Positions 26,201-39,189 of a stretch of DNA of 64,000 nt are shown here, in pieces. A model generated the notes under the pieces. It searched no databases. It was not told the origin of the DNA and saw nothing but the letters and a program-made list of their open reading frames with translations. The translations under genes and the position numbers were made by a program. Origin of the DNA: the human T2T-CHM13v2.0 reference genome, Homo sapiens; assembly GCF_009914755.1 (NCBI RefSeq), contig NC_060938.1; one strand, 5' to 3'. How positions within the stretch are numbered: position 1 is the stretch's first letter; each line of letters begins with the position of its first letter.

Positions 26201-28000
26201 TTGATATGAAGATATTCCCGTTTCCAACGAAATCTTCAAATCTATCCAAATGTCCACTTGCAGATTCAACAAAAAGTGTTTTTCAGAACTGCTCTATCAA
26301 AAGAAAGATCCACCTCTGTTAGCTGAGTTCACACATCACAAACAAGTTTATGAGAATGCTTCTGTCTAGTTTTTATTTGAAGATATTTCCTTTCTCACCA
26401 TAGAGCTGAAAGCTGTCCTAATGTTCACTTCCAGATACTACAGAAAGAGTGTTTCAAAACTGCTGTACGAAAGGGAATGTTCAACTCTGTGACTTGAATG
26501 CACACATCACAAAGAAGTTTCTGAGGATGCTGCTGTCTACTTTTTATACGTAATCCCGTTTCCAACGAAATCCTCCAAGCTATCCAAATATCCACTTGCA
26601 GATTCCACAGAAAGACTGTTTCAAAACTGCTCTGTCAATAGAAAGGTTCAACTCTGTTAGCTGCGTGCATATATCCCAAAGAAGATTCTGAGATTGCTTC
26701 TGTCTAGTTTTTATGGGAAGATATTTCCCTTTTCACCGTAGGTGTCAAGGCGCTCCAAATGTCCACTTCCAGATACTACAAAAAGAGTGTTTCAAACCTA
26801 CTCTGTGAAAGGGAATATTCAACTCTGTGACTTGAATGCACATATCACAAAGAAGTTTCTGAGAATGCTTCTGTCGAGATTTTATATGAAGATATTCCCG
26901 TTTCCAACGAAATGCTGAAATCTATCCAAATATCCCCTCGCAGATTCTACAAAAAGAGTGTTTCAAAACTGCTCTGTGAAAAGAAAGGTTCAACTCTGTT
27001 AGTTGAGTACACACATCACAAACAAGTTTCACAGAATGCTTCTTTCTAGCTTGTAGGGGAAGATATTCCCTTTATCACCATGGGCCTCCAACCGTCCGAA
27101 ACATCCACTTCCATATACTACAAAAAGAGCGTTTCAAACCTGCTCTATGAAAGGCAATGTTCAACTCTGTGACTTGAATGCAGACATCACAGAGCAGTTT
27201 CTGAGAATGCTTCTGTCTAGATTTTATAGGAAGATATTCCCGTTTCCAACGAAATCTTCACAGCTATCCAAATATCCACTTGCAGATTCTACCAAAAGAG
27301 TGTATCAAAACTGCTCTGTCAAAAGGAAGGTTCTTCTCTGTTAGGTGAGTGCATACGTCATAAAGGAGTTTCTGAGAATGTTTCTGTCTAGTGGTTATGG
27401 GAAGATATTTGCTTTTTCACCGTAGGCCTCAGAGCGCTCCAAATATCCACTTGCACATACTACAAAAAGAGTGCTTCAAAGCTGCTCTCTGAAACGGAAT
27501 GTTCAACTCTATGAGTTGAATGCAAACATCGCAAAGACGTTTCTGAGAATGCTTCTGTCTAGATTTGATATGAAGATATTCCCGTTTCCAACGAAATCTT
27601 CAAATCTATCCAAATGTCCACTTGCAGATTCAACAAAAAGTGTTTTTCAGAACTGCTCTATCAAAAGAAAGATCCACCTCTGTTAGCTGAGTTCACACCT
27701 CACAAACAAGTTTATGAGAATGCTTCTGTCTAGTTTTTATTTGAAGATATTTCCTTTCTCACCATAGAGCTGAAAGCTGTCCTAATGTTCACTTCCAGAT
27801 ACTACAGAAAGAGTGTTTCAAAACTGCTGTACGAAAGGGAATGTTCAACTCTGTGACTTGAATGCACACATCACAAAGAAGTTTCTGAGGATGCTGCTGT
27901 CTACTTTTTATACGTAATCCCATTTCCAACGAAATCCTCCAAGCTATCCAAATATCCACTTGCAGATTCCACAGAAAGACTGTTTCAAAACTGCTCTGTC
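20300..28000. repeat. Inferred 3-HOR (4092-bp) tandem duplication, partly eroded; boundaries approximate
   Basis: Rare alleles pair at exactly 4092 bp: 20890/24982, 21216/25308, 23201/27293, 23607/27699. Confidence 0.7.
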
Positions 28001-30943
28001 AATAGAAAGGTTCAACTCTGTTAGCTGCATGCATATATCCCAAAGAAGATTCTGAGATTGCTTCTGTCTAGTTTTTATGGGAAGATATTTCCCTTTTCAC
28101 CGTAGGTGTCAAGGCGCTCCAAATGTCCACTTCCAGATACTACAAAAAGAGTGTTTCAAACCTACTCTGTGAAAGGGAATATTCAACTCTGTGACCTGAA
28201 TGCACATATCACAAAGAAGTTTCTGAGAATGCTTCTGTCGAGATTTTATATGAAGATATTCCCGTTTCCAACGAAATGCTGAAATCTATCCAAATATCCC
28301 CTCGCAGATTCTACAAAAAGAGTGTTTCAAAACTGCTCTGTGAAAAGAAAGGTTCAACTCTGTTAGTTGAGTACACACATCACAAACAAGTTTCACAGAA
28401 TGCTTCTTTCTAGCTTGTAGGGGAAGATATTCCCTTTATCACCATGGGCCTCCAACCGTCCGAAACATCCACTTCCATATACTACAAAAAGAGCGTTTCA
28501 AACCTGCTCTATGAAAGGCAATGTTCAACTCTGTGACTTGAATGCAGACATCACAGAGCAGTTTCTGAGAATGCTTCTGTCTAGATTTTATAGGAAGATA
28601 TTCCCGTTTCCAACGAAATCTTCACAGCTATCCAAATATCCACTTGCAGATTCTACAAAAAGAGTGTATCAAAACTGCTCTGTCAAAAGGAAGGTTCTTC
28701 TCTGTTAGGTGAGTGCATACGTCATAAAGGAGTTTCTGAGAATGTTTCTGTCTAGTGGTTATGGGAAGATATTTGCTTTTTCACCGTAGGCCTCAGAGCG
28801 CTCCAAATATCCACTTGCACATACTACAAAAAGAGTGCCTCAAAGCTGCTCTCTGAAACGGAATGTTCAACTCTATGAGTTGAATGCAAACATCGCAAAG
28901 ACGTTTCTGAGAATGCTTCTGTCTAGATTTGATATGAAGATATTCCCGTTTCCAACGAAATCTTCAAATCTATCCAAATGTCCACTTGCAGATTCAACAA
29001 AAAGTGTTTTTCAGAACTGCTCTATCAAAAGAAAGATCCACCTCTGTTAGCTGAGTTCACACCTCACAAACAACTTTATGAGAATGCTTCTGTCTAGTTT
29101 TTATTTGAAGATATTTCCTTTCTCACCATAGAGCTGAAAGCTGTCCTAATGTTCACTTCCAGATACTACAGAAAGAGTGTTTCAAAACTGCTGTACGAAA
29201 GGGAATGTTCAACTCTGTGACTTGAATGCACACATCACAAAGAAGTTTCTGAGGATGCTGCTGTCTACTTTTTATACGTAATCCCGTTTCCAACGAAATC
29301 CTCCAAGCTATCCAAATATCCACTTGCAGATTCCACAGAAAGACTGTTTCAAAACTGCTCTGTCAATAGAAAGGTTCAACTCTGTTAGCTGCATGCATAT
29401 ATCCCAAAGAAGATTCTGAGATTGCTTCTGTCTAGTTTTTATGGGAAGATATTTCCCTTTTCACCGTAGGCGTCAAGGCGCTCCAAATGTCCACTTCCAG
29501 ATACTACAAAAAGAGTGTTTCAAACCTACTCTGTGAAAGGGAATATTCAACTCTGTGACTTGAATGCACATATCACAAGGAAGTTTCTGAGAATGCTTCT
29601 GTCGAGATTTTATATGAAGATATTCCCGTTTCCAACGAAATCCTGAAATCTATCCAAATATCCCCTTGCAGATTCTACAAAAAGAGTGTTTCAAAACTGC
29701 TCTGTAAAAAGAAAGGTTCAACTCTGTTAGTTGAGTACACACATCACAAACAAGTTTCACACAATGCTTCTTTCTAGCTTGTAGGGGAAGATATTCCCTT
29801 TATCACCATGGGCCTCAAACCGTCCGAAAAGTCCACTTCCATATACTACAAAAAGAGCGTTTCAAACCTGCTCTATGAAAGGCAATGTTCAACTCTGTGA
29901 CTTGAATGCAGACATCACAGAGCAGTTTCTGAGAATGCTTCTGTCTAGATTTTATAGGAAGATATTCCCGTTTCCAACGAAATCTTCACAGCTATCCAAA
30001 TATCCACTTGCAGATTCTACAAAAAGAGTGTATCAAAACTGCTCTGTCAAAAGGAAGGTTCTTTTCTGTTAGGTGAGTGCATACGTCATAAAGGAGTTTC
30101 TGAGAATGTTTCTGTCTAGTGGTTATGGGAAGATATTTGCTTTTTCACCGTAGGCCTCAGAGCGCTCCAAATATCCACTTGCACATACTACAAAAAGAGT
30201 GCCTCAAAGCTGCTCTCTGAAACGGAATGTTCAACTCTATGAGTTGAATGCAAACATCGCAAAGACGTTTCTGAGAATGCTTCTGTCTAGATTTGATATG
30301 AAGATATTCCCGTTTCCAACGAAATCTTCAAATCTATCCAAATGTCCACTTGCAGATTCAACAAAAAGTGTTTTTCAGAACTGCTCTATCAAAAGAAAGA
30401 TCCACCTCTGTTAGCTGAGTTCACACATCACAAACAAGTTTATGAGAATGCTTCTGTCTAGTTTTTATTTGAAGATATTTCCTTTCTCACCATAGAGCTG
30501 AAAGCTGTCCTAATGTTCACTTCCAGATACTACAGAAAGAGTGTTTCAAAACTGCTGTACGAAAGGGAATGTTCAACTCTGTGACTTGAATGCACACATC
30601 ACAAAGAAGTTTCTGAGGATGCTGCTGTCTACTTTTTATACGTAATCCCGTTTCCAACGAAATCCTCCAAGCTATCCAAATATCCACTTGCAGATTCCAC
30701 AGAAAGACTGTTTCAAAACTGCTCTGTCAATAGAAAGGTTCAACTCTGTTAGCTGCGTGCATATATCCCAAAGAAGATTCTGAGATTGCTTCTGTCTAGT
30801 TTTTATGGGAAGATATTTCCCTTTTCACCGTAGGTGTCAAGGCGCTCCAAATGTCCACTTCCAGATACTACAAAAAGAGTGTTTCAAACCTACTCTGTGA
30901 AAGGGAATATTCAACTCTGTGACTTGAATGCACATATCACAAA

Positions 30944-33900
30944 GAAGTTTCTGAGAATGCTTCTGTCGAGATTTTATATGAAGATATTCCCGTTTCCAAC
31001 GAAATGCTGAAATCTATCCAAATATCCCCTCGCAGATTCTACAAAAAGAGTGTTTCAAAACTGCTCTGTGAAAAGAAAGGTTCAACTCTGTTAGTTGAGT
31101 ACACACATCACAAACAAGTTTCACAGAATGCTTCTTTCTAGCTTGTAGGGGAAGATATTCCCTTTATCACCATGGGCCTCCAACCGTCCGAAACATCCAC
31201 TTCCATATACTACAAAAAGAGCGTTTCAAACCTGCTCTATGAAAGGCAATGTTCAACTCTGTGACTTGAATGCAGACATCACAGAGCAGTTTCTGAGAAT
31301 GCTTCTGTCTAGATTTTATAGGAAGATATTCCCGTTTCCAACGAAATCTTCACAGCTATCCAAATATCCACTTGCAGATTCTACAAAAAGAGTGTATCAA
31401 AACTGCTCTGTCAAAAGGAAGGTTCTTCTCTGTTAGGTGAGTGCATACGTCATAAAGGAGTTTCTGAGAATGTTTCTGTCTAGTGGTTATGGGAAGATAT
31501 TTGCTTTTTCACCGTAGGCCTCAGAGCGCTCCAAATATCCACTTGCACATACTACAAAAAGAGTGCTTCAAAGCTGCTCTCTGAAACGGAATGTTCAACT
31601 CTATGAGTTGAATGCAAACATCACAAAGACGTTTCTGAGAATGCTTCTGTCTAGATTTGATATGAAGATATTCCCGTTTCCAACGAAATCTTCAAATCTA
31701 TCCAAATGTCCACTTGCAGATTCAACAAAATGTGTTTTTCAGAACTGCTCTATCAAAAGAAAGATCCACCTCTGTTAGCTGAGTTCACACATCACAAACA
31801 AGTTTATGAGAATGCTTCTGTCTAGTTTTTATTTGAAGATATTTCCTTTCTCACCATAGAGCTGAAAGCTGTCCTAATGTTCACTTCCAGATACTACAGA
31901 AAGAGTGTTTCAAAACTGCTGTACGAAAGGGAATGTTCAACTCTGTGACTTGAATGCACACATCACAAAGAAGTTTCTGAGGATGCTGCTGTCTACTTTT
32001 TATACGTAATCCCGTTTCCAACGAAATCCTCCAAGCTATCCAAATATCCACTTGCAGATTCCACAGAAAGACTGTTTCAAAACTGCTCTGTCAATAGAAA
32101 GGTTCAACTCTGTTAGCTGCATGCATATATCCCAAAGAAGATTCTGAGATTGCTTCTGTCTAGTTTTTATGGGAAGATATTTCCCTTTTCACCGTAGGCG
32201 TCAAGGCGCTCCAAATGTCCACTTCCAGATACTACAAAAAGAGTGTTTCAAACCTACTCTGTGAAAGGGAATATTCAACTCTGTGACTTGAATGCACATA
32301 TCACAAGGAAGTTTCTGAGAATGCTTCTGTCGAGATTTTATATGAAGATATTCCCGTTTCCAACGAAATGCTGAAATCTATCCAAATCTCCCCTCGCAGA
32401 TTCTACAAAAAGAGTGTTTCAAAACTGCTCTGTAAAAAGAAAGGTTCAACTCTGTTAGTTGAGTACACACATCACAAACAAGTTTCACACAATGCTTCTT
32501 TCTAGCTTGTAGGGGAAGATATTCCCTTTATCACCATGGGCCTCAAACCGTCCGATAAGTCCACTTCCATATACTACAAAAAGAGCGTTTCAAACCTGCT
32601 CTATGAAAGGCAATGTTCAACTCTGTGACTTGAATGCAGACATCACAGAGCAGTTTCTGAGAATGCTTCTGTCTAGATTTTATAGGAAGATATTCCCGTT
32701 TCCAACGAAATCTTCACAGCTATCCAAATATCCACTTGCAGATTCTACAAAAAGAGTGTATCAAAACTGCTCTGTCAAAAGGAAGGTTCTTTTCTGTTAG
32801 GTGAGTGCATACGTCATAAAGGAGTTTCTGAGAATGTTTCTGTCTAGTGGTTATGGGAAGATATTTGCTTTTTCACCGTAGGCCTCAGAGCGCTCCAAAT
32901 ATCCACTTGCACATACTACAAAAAGAGTGCCTCAAAGCTGCTCTCTGAAACGGAATGTTCAACTCTATGAGTTGAATGCAAACATCGCAAAGACGTTTCT
33001 GAGAATGCTTCTGTCTAGATTTGATATGAAGATATTCCCGTTTCCAACGAAATCTTCAAATCTATCCAAATGTCCACTTGCAGATTCAACAAAAAGTGTT
33101 TTTCAGAACTGCTCTATCAAAAGAAAGATCCACCTCTGTTAGCTGAGTTCACACATCACAAACAAGTTTATGAGAATGCTTCTGTCTAGTTTTTATTTGA
33201 AGATATTTCCTTTCTCACCATAGAGCTGAAAGCTGTCCTAATGTTCACTTCCAGATACTACAGAAAGAGTGTTTCAAAACTGCTGTACGAAAGGGAATGT
33301 TCAACTCTGTGACTTGAATGCACACATCACAAAGAAGTTTCTGAGGATGCTGCTGTCTACTTTTTATACGTAATCCCGTTTCCAACGAAATCCTCCAAGC
33401 TATCCAAATATCCACTTGCAGATTCCACAGAAAGACTGTTTCAAAACTGCTCTGTCAATAGAAAGGTTCAACTCTGTTAGCTGCATGCATATATCCCAAA
33501 GAAGATTCTGAGATTGCTTCTGTCTAGTTTTTATGGGAAGATATTTCCCTTTTCACCGTAGGCGTCAAGGCGCTCCAAATGTCCACTTCCAGATACTACA
33601 AAAAGAGTGTTTCAAACCTACTCTGTGAAAGGGAATATTCAACTCTGTGACTTGAATGCACATATCACAAGGAAGTTTCTGAGAATGCTTCTGTCGAGAT
33701 TTTATATGAAGATATTCCCGTTTCCAACGAAATGCTGAAATCTATCCAAATATCCCCTCGCAGATTCTACAAAAAGAGTGTTTCAAAACTGCTCTGTGAA
33801 AAGAAAGGTTCAACTCTGTTAGTTGAGTACACACATCACAAACAAGTTTCACAGAATGCTTCTTTCTAGCTTGTAGGGGAAGATATTCCCTTTATCACCA

Positions 33901-36900
33901 TGGGCCTCCAACCGTCCGAAACATCCACTTCCATATACTACAAAAAGAGCGTTTCAAACCTGCTCTATGAAAGGCAATGTTCAACTCTGTGACTTGAATG
34001 CAGACATCACAGAGCAGTTTCTGAGAATGCTTCTGTCTAGATTTTATAGGAAGATATTCCCGTTTCCAACGAAATCTTCACAGCTATCCAAATATCCACT
34101 TGCAGATTCTACAAAAAGAGTGTATCAAAACTGCTCTGTCAAAAGGAAGGTTCTTCTCTGTTAGGTGAGTGCATACGTCATAAAGGAGTTTCTGAGAATG
34201 TTTCTGTCTAGTGGTTATGGGAAGATATTTGCTTTTTCACCGTAGGCCTCAGAGCGCTCCAAATATCCACTTGCACATACTACAAAAAGAGTGCTTCATA
34301 GCTGCTCTCTGAAACGGAATGTTCAACTCTATGAGTTGAATGCAAACATCACAAAGACGTTTCTGAGAATGCTTCTGTCTAGATTTGATATGAAGATATT
34401 CCCGTTTCCAACGAAATCTTCAAATCTATCCAAATGTCCACTTGCAGATTCAACAAAAAGTGTTTTTCAGAACTGCTCTATCAAAAGAAAGATCCACCTC
34501 TGTTAGCTGAGTTCACACATCACAAACAAGTTTATGAGAATGCTTCTGTCTAGTTTTTATTTGAAGATATTTCCTTTCTCACCATAGAGCTGAAAGCTGT
34601 CCTAATGTTCACTTCCAGATACTACAGAAAGAGTGTTTCAAAACTGCTGTACGAAAGGGAATGTTCAACTCTGTGACTTGAATGCACACATCACAAAGAA
34701 GTTTCTGAGGATGCTGCTGTCTACTTTTTATACGTAATCCCGTTTCCAACGAAATCCTCCAAGCTATCCAAATATCCACTTGCAGATTCCACAGAAAGAC
34801 TGTTTCAAAACTGCTCTGTCAATAGAAAGGTTCAACTCTGTTAGCTGCATGCATATATCCCAAAGAAGATTCTGAGATTGCTTCTGTCTAGTTTTTATGG
34901 GAAGATATTTCCCTTTTCACCGTAGGCGTCAAGGCGCTCCAAATGTCCACTTCCAGATACTACAAAAAGAGTGTTTCAAACCTACTCTGTGAAAGGGAAT
35001 ATTCAGCTCTGTGACTTGAATGCACATATCACAAGGAAGTTTCTGAGAATGCTTCTGTCGAGATTTTATATGAAGATATTCCCGTTTCCAACGAAATGCT
35101 GAAATCTATCCAAATATCCCCTCGCAGATTCTACAAAAAGAGTGTTTCAAAACTGCTCTGTGAAAAGAAAGGTTCAACTCTGTTAGTTGAGTACACACAT
35201 CACAAACAAGTTTCACAGAATGCTTCTTTCTAGCTTGTAGGGGAAGATATTCCCTTTATCACCATGGGCCTCCAACCGTCCGAAACATCCACTTCCATAT
35301 ACTACAAAAAGAGCGTTTCAAACCTGCTCTATGAAAGGCAATGTTCAACTCTGTGACTTGAATGCAGACATCACAGAGCAGTTTCTGAGAATGCTTCTGT
35401 CTAGATTTTATAGGAAGATATTCCCGTTTCCAACGAAATCTTCACAGCTATCCAAATATCCACTTGCAGATTCTACAAAAAGAGTGTATCAAAACTGCTC
35501 TGTCAAAAGGAAGGTTCTTCTCTGTTAGGTGAGTGCATACGTCATAAAGGAGTTTCTGAGAATGTTTCTGTCTAGTGGTTATGGGAAGATATTTGCTTTT
35601 TCACCGTAGGCCTCAGAGCGCTCCAAATATCCACTTGCACATACTACAAAAAGAGTGCTTCAAAGCTGCTCTCTGAAACGGAATGTTCAACTCTATGAGT
35701 TGAATGCAAACATCACAAAGACGTTTCTGAGAATGCTTCTGTCTAGATTTGATATGAAGATATTCCAGTTTCCAACGAAATCTTCAAATCTATCCAAATG
35801 TCCACTTGCAGATTCAACAAAATGTGTTTTTCAGAACTGCTCTATCAAAAGAAAGATCCACCTCTGTTAGCTGAGTTCACACATCACAAACAAGTTTATG
35901 AGAATGCTTCTGTCTAGTTTTTATTTGAAGATATTTCCTTTCTCACCATAGAGCTGAAAGCTGTCCTAATGTTCACTTCCAGATACTACAGAAAGAGTGT
36001 TTCAAAACTGCTGTACGAAAGGGAATGTTCAACTCTGTGACTTGAATGCACACATCACAAAGAAGTTTCTGAGGATGCTGCTGTCTACTTTTTATACGTA
36101 ATCCCGTTTCCAACGAAATCCTCCAAGCTATCCAAATATCCACTTGCAGATTCCACAGAAAGACTGTTTCAAAACTGCTCTGTCAATAGAAAGGTTCAAC
36201 TCTGTTAGCTGCATGCATATATCCCAAAGAAGATTCTGAGATTGCTTCTGTCTAGTTTTTATGGGAAGATATTTCCCTTTTCACCGTAGGCGTCAAGGCG
36301 CTCCAAATGTCCACTTCCAGATACTACAAAAAGAGTGTTTCAAACCTACTCTGTGAAAGGGAATATTCAACTCTGTGACTTGAATGCACATATCACAAGG
36401 AAGTTTCTGAGAATGCTTCTGTCGAGATTTTATATGAAGATATTCCCGTTTCCAACGAAATGCTGAAATCTATCCAAATATCCCCTCGCAGATTCTACAA
36501 AAAGAGTGTTTCAAAACTGCTCTGTAAAAAGAAAGGTTCAACTCTGTTAGTTGAGTACACACATCACAAACAAGTTTCACACAATGCTTCTTTCTAGCTT
36601 GTAGGGGAAGATATTCCCTTTATCACCATGGGCCTCAAACCGTCCGATAAGTCCACTTCCATATACTACAAAAAGAGCGTTTCAAACCTGCTCTATGAAA
36701 GGCAATGTTCAACTCTGTGACTTGAATGCAGACATCACAGAGCAGTTTCTGAGAATGCTTCTGTCTAGATTTTATAGGAAGATATTCCCGTTTCCAACGA
36801 AATCTTCACAGCTATCCAAATATCCACTTGCAGATTCTACAAAAAGAGTGTATCAAAACTGCTCTGTCAAAAGGAAGGTTCTTTTCTGTTAGGTGAGTGC

Positions 36901-39189
36901 ATACGTCATAAAGGAGTTTCTGAGAATGTTTCTGTCTAGTGGTTATGGGAAGATATTTGCTTTTTCACCGTAGGCCTCAGAGCGCTCCAAATATCCACTT
37001 GCACATACTACAAAAAGAGTGCCTCAAAGCTGCTCTCTGAAACGGAATGTTCAACTCTATGAGTTGAATGCAAACATCACAAAGACGTTTCTGAGAATGC
37101 TTCTGTCTAGATTTGATATGAAGATATTCCCGTTTCCAACGAAATCTTCAAATCTATCCAAATGTCCACTTGCAGATTCAACAAAAAGTGTTTTTCAGAA
37201 CTGCTCTATCAAAAGAAAGATCCACCTCTGTTAGCTGAGTTCACACATCACAAACAAGTTTATGAGAATGCTTCTGTCTAGTTTTTATTTGAAGATATTT
37301 CCTTTCTCACCATAGAGCTGAAAGCTGTCCTAATGTTCACTTCCAGATACTACAGAAAGAGTGTTTCAAAACTGCTGTACGAAAGGGAATGTTCAACTCT
37401 GTGACTTGAATGCACACATCACAAAGAAGTTTCTGAGGATGCTGCTGTCTACTTTTTATACGTAATCCCGTTTCCAACGAAATCCTCCAAGCTATCCAAA
37501 TATCCACTTGCAGATTCCACAGAAAGACTGTTTCAAAACTGCTCTGTCAATAGAAAGGTTCAACTCTGTTAGCTGCATGCATATATCCCAAAGAAGATTC
37601 TGAGATTGCTTCTGTCTAGTTTTTATGGGAAGATATTTCCCTTTTCACCGTAGGCGTCAAGGCGCTCCAAATGTCCACTTCCAGATACTACAAAAAGAGT
37701 GTTTCAAACCTACTCTGTGAAAGGGAATATTCAACTCTGTGACTTGAATGCACATATCACAAGGAAGTTTCTGAGAATGCTTCTGTCGAGATTTTATATG
37801 AAGATATTCCCGTTTCCAACGAAATGCTGAAATCTATCCAAATATCCCCTCGCAGATTCTACAAAAAGAGTGTTTCAAAACTGCTCTGTGAAAAGAAAGG
37901 TTCAACTCTGTTAGTTGAGTACACACATCACAAACAAGTTTCACAGAATGCTTCTTTCTAGCTTGTAGGGGAAGATATTCCCTTTATCACCATGGGCCTC
38001 CAACCGTCCGAAACATCCACTTCCATATACTACAAAAAGAGCGTTTCAAACCTGCTCTATGAAAGGCAATGTTCAACTCTGTGACTTGAATGCAGACATC
38101 ACAGAGCAGTTTCTGAGAATGCTTCTGTCTAGATTTTATAGGAAGATATTCCCGTTTCCAACGAAATCTTCACAGCTATCCAAATATCCACTTGCAGATT
38201 CTACAAAAAGAGTGTATCAAAACTGCTCTGTCAAAAGGAAGGTTCTTCTCTGTTAGGTGAGTGCATACGTCATAAAGGAGTTTCTGAGAATGTTTCTGTC
38301 TAGTGGTTATGGGAAGATATTTGCTTTTTCACCGTAGGCCTCAGAGCGCTCCAAATATCCACTTGCACATACTACAAAAAGAGTGCTTCATAGCTGCTCT
38401 CTGAAACGGAATGTTCAACTCTATGAGTTGAATGCAAACATCACAAAGACGTTTCTGAGAATGCTTCTGTCTAGATTTGATATGAAGATATTCCCGTTTC
38501 CAACGAAATCTTCAAATCTATCCAAATGTCCACTTGCAGATTCAACAAAAAGTGTTTTTCAGAACTGCTCTATCAAAAGAAAGATCCACCTCTGTTAGCT
38601 GAGTTCACACATCACAAACAAGTTTATGAGAATGCTTCTGTCTAGTTTTTATTTGAAGATATTTCCTTTCTCACCATAGAGCTGAAAGCTGTCCTAATGT
38701 TCACTTCCAGATACTACAGAAAGAGTGTTTCAAAACTGCTGTACGAAAGGGAATGTTCAACTCTGTGACTTGAATGCACACATCACAAAGAAGTTTCTGA
38801 GGATGCTGCTGTCTACTTTTTATACGTAATCCCGTTTCCAACGAAATCCTCCAAGCTATCCAAATATCCACTTGCAGATTCCACAGAAAGACTGTTTCAA
38901 AACTGCTCTGTCAATAGAAAGGTTCAACTCTGTTAGCTGCATGCATATATCCCAAAGAAGATTCTGAGATTGCTTCTGTCTAGTTTTTATGGGAAGATAT
39001 TTCCCTTTTCACCGTAGGCGTCAAGGCGCTCCAAATGTCCACTTCCAGATACTACAAAAAGAGTGTTTCAAACCTACTCTGTGAAAGGGAATATTCAACT
39101 CTGTGACTTGAATGCACATATCACAAGGAAGTTTCTGAGAATGCTTCTGTCGAGATTTTATATGAAGATATTCCCGTTTCCAACGAAAT
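30944..39189. repeat. Inferred recent 3-HOR (4092-bp) tandem duplication
   Basis: Private alleles pair at 4092 bp (31731/35823 and 34299/38391), and the haplotype order is the same in both copies. Confidence 0.85.
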
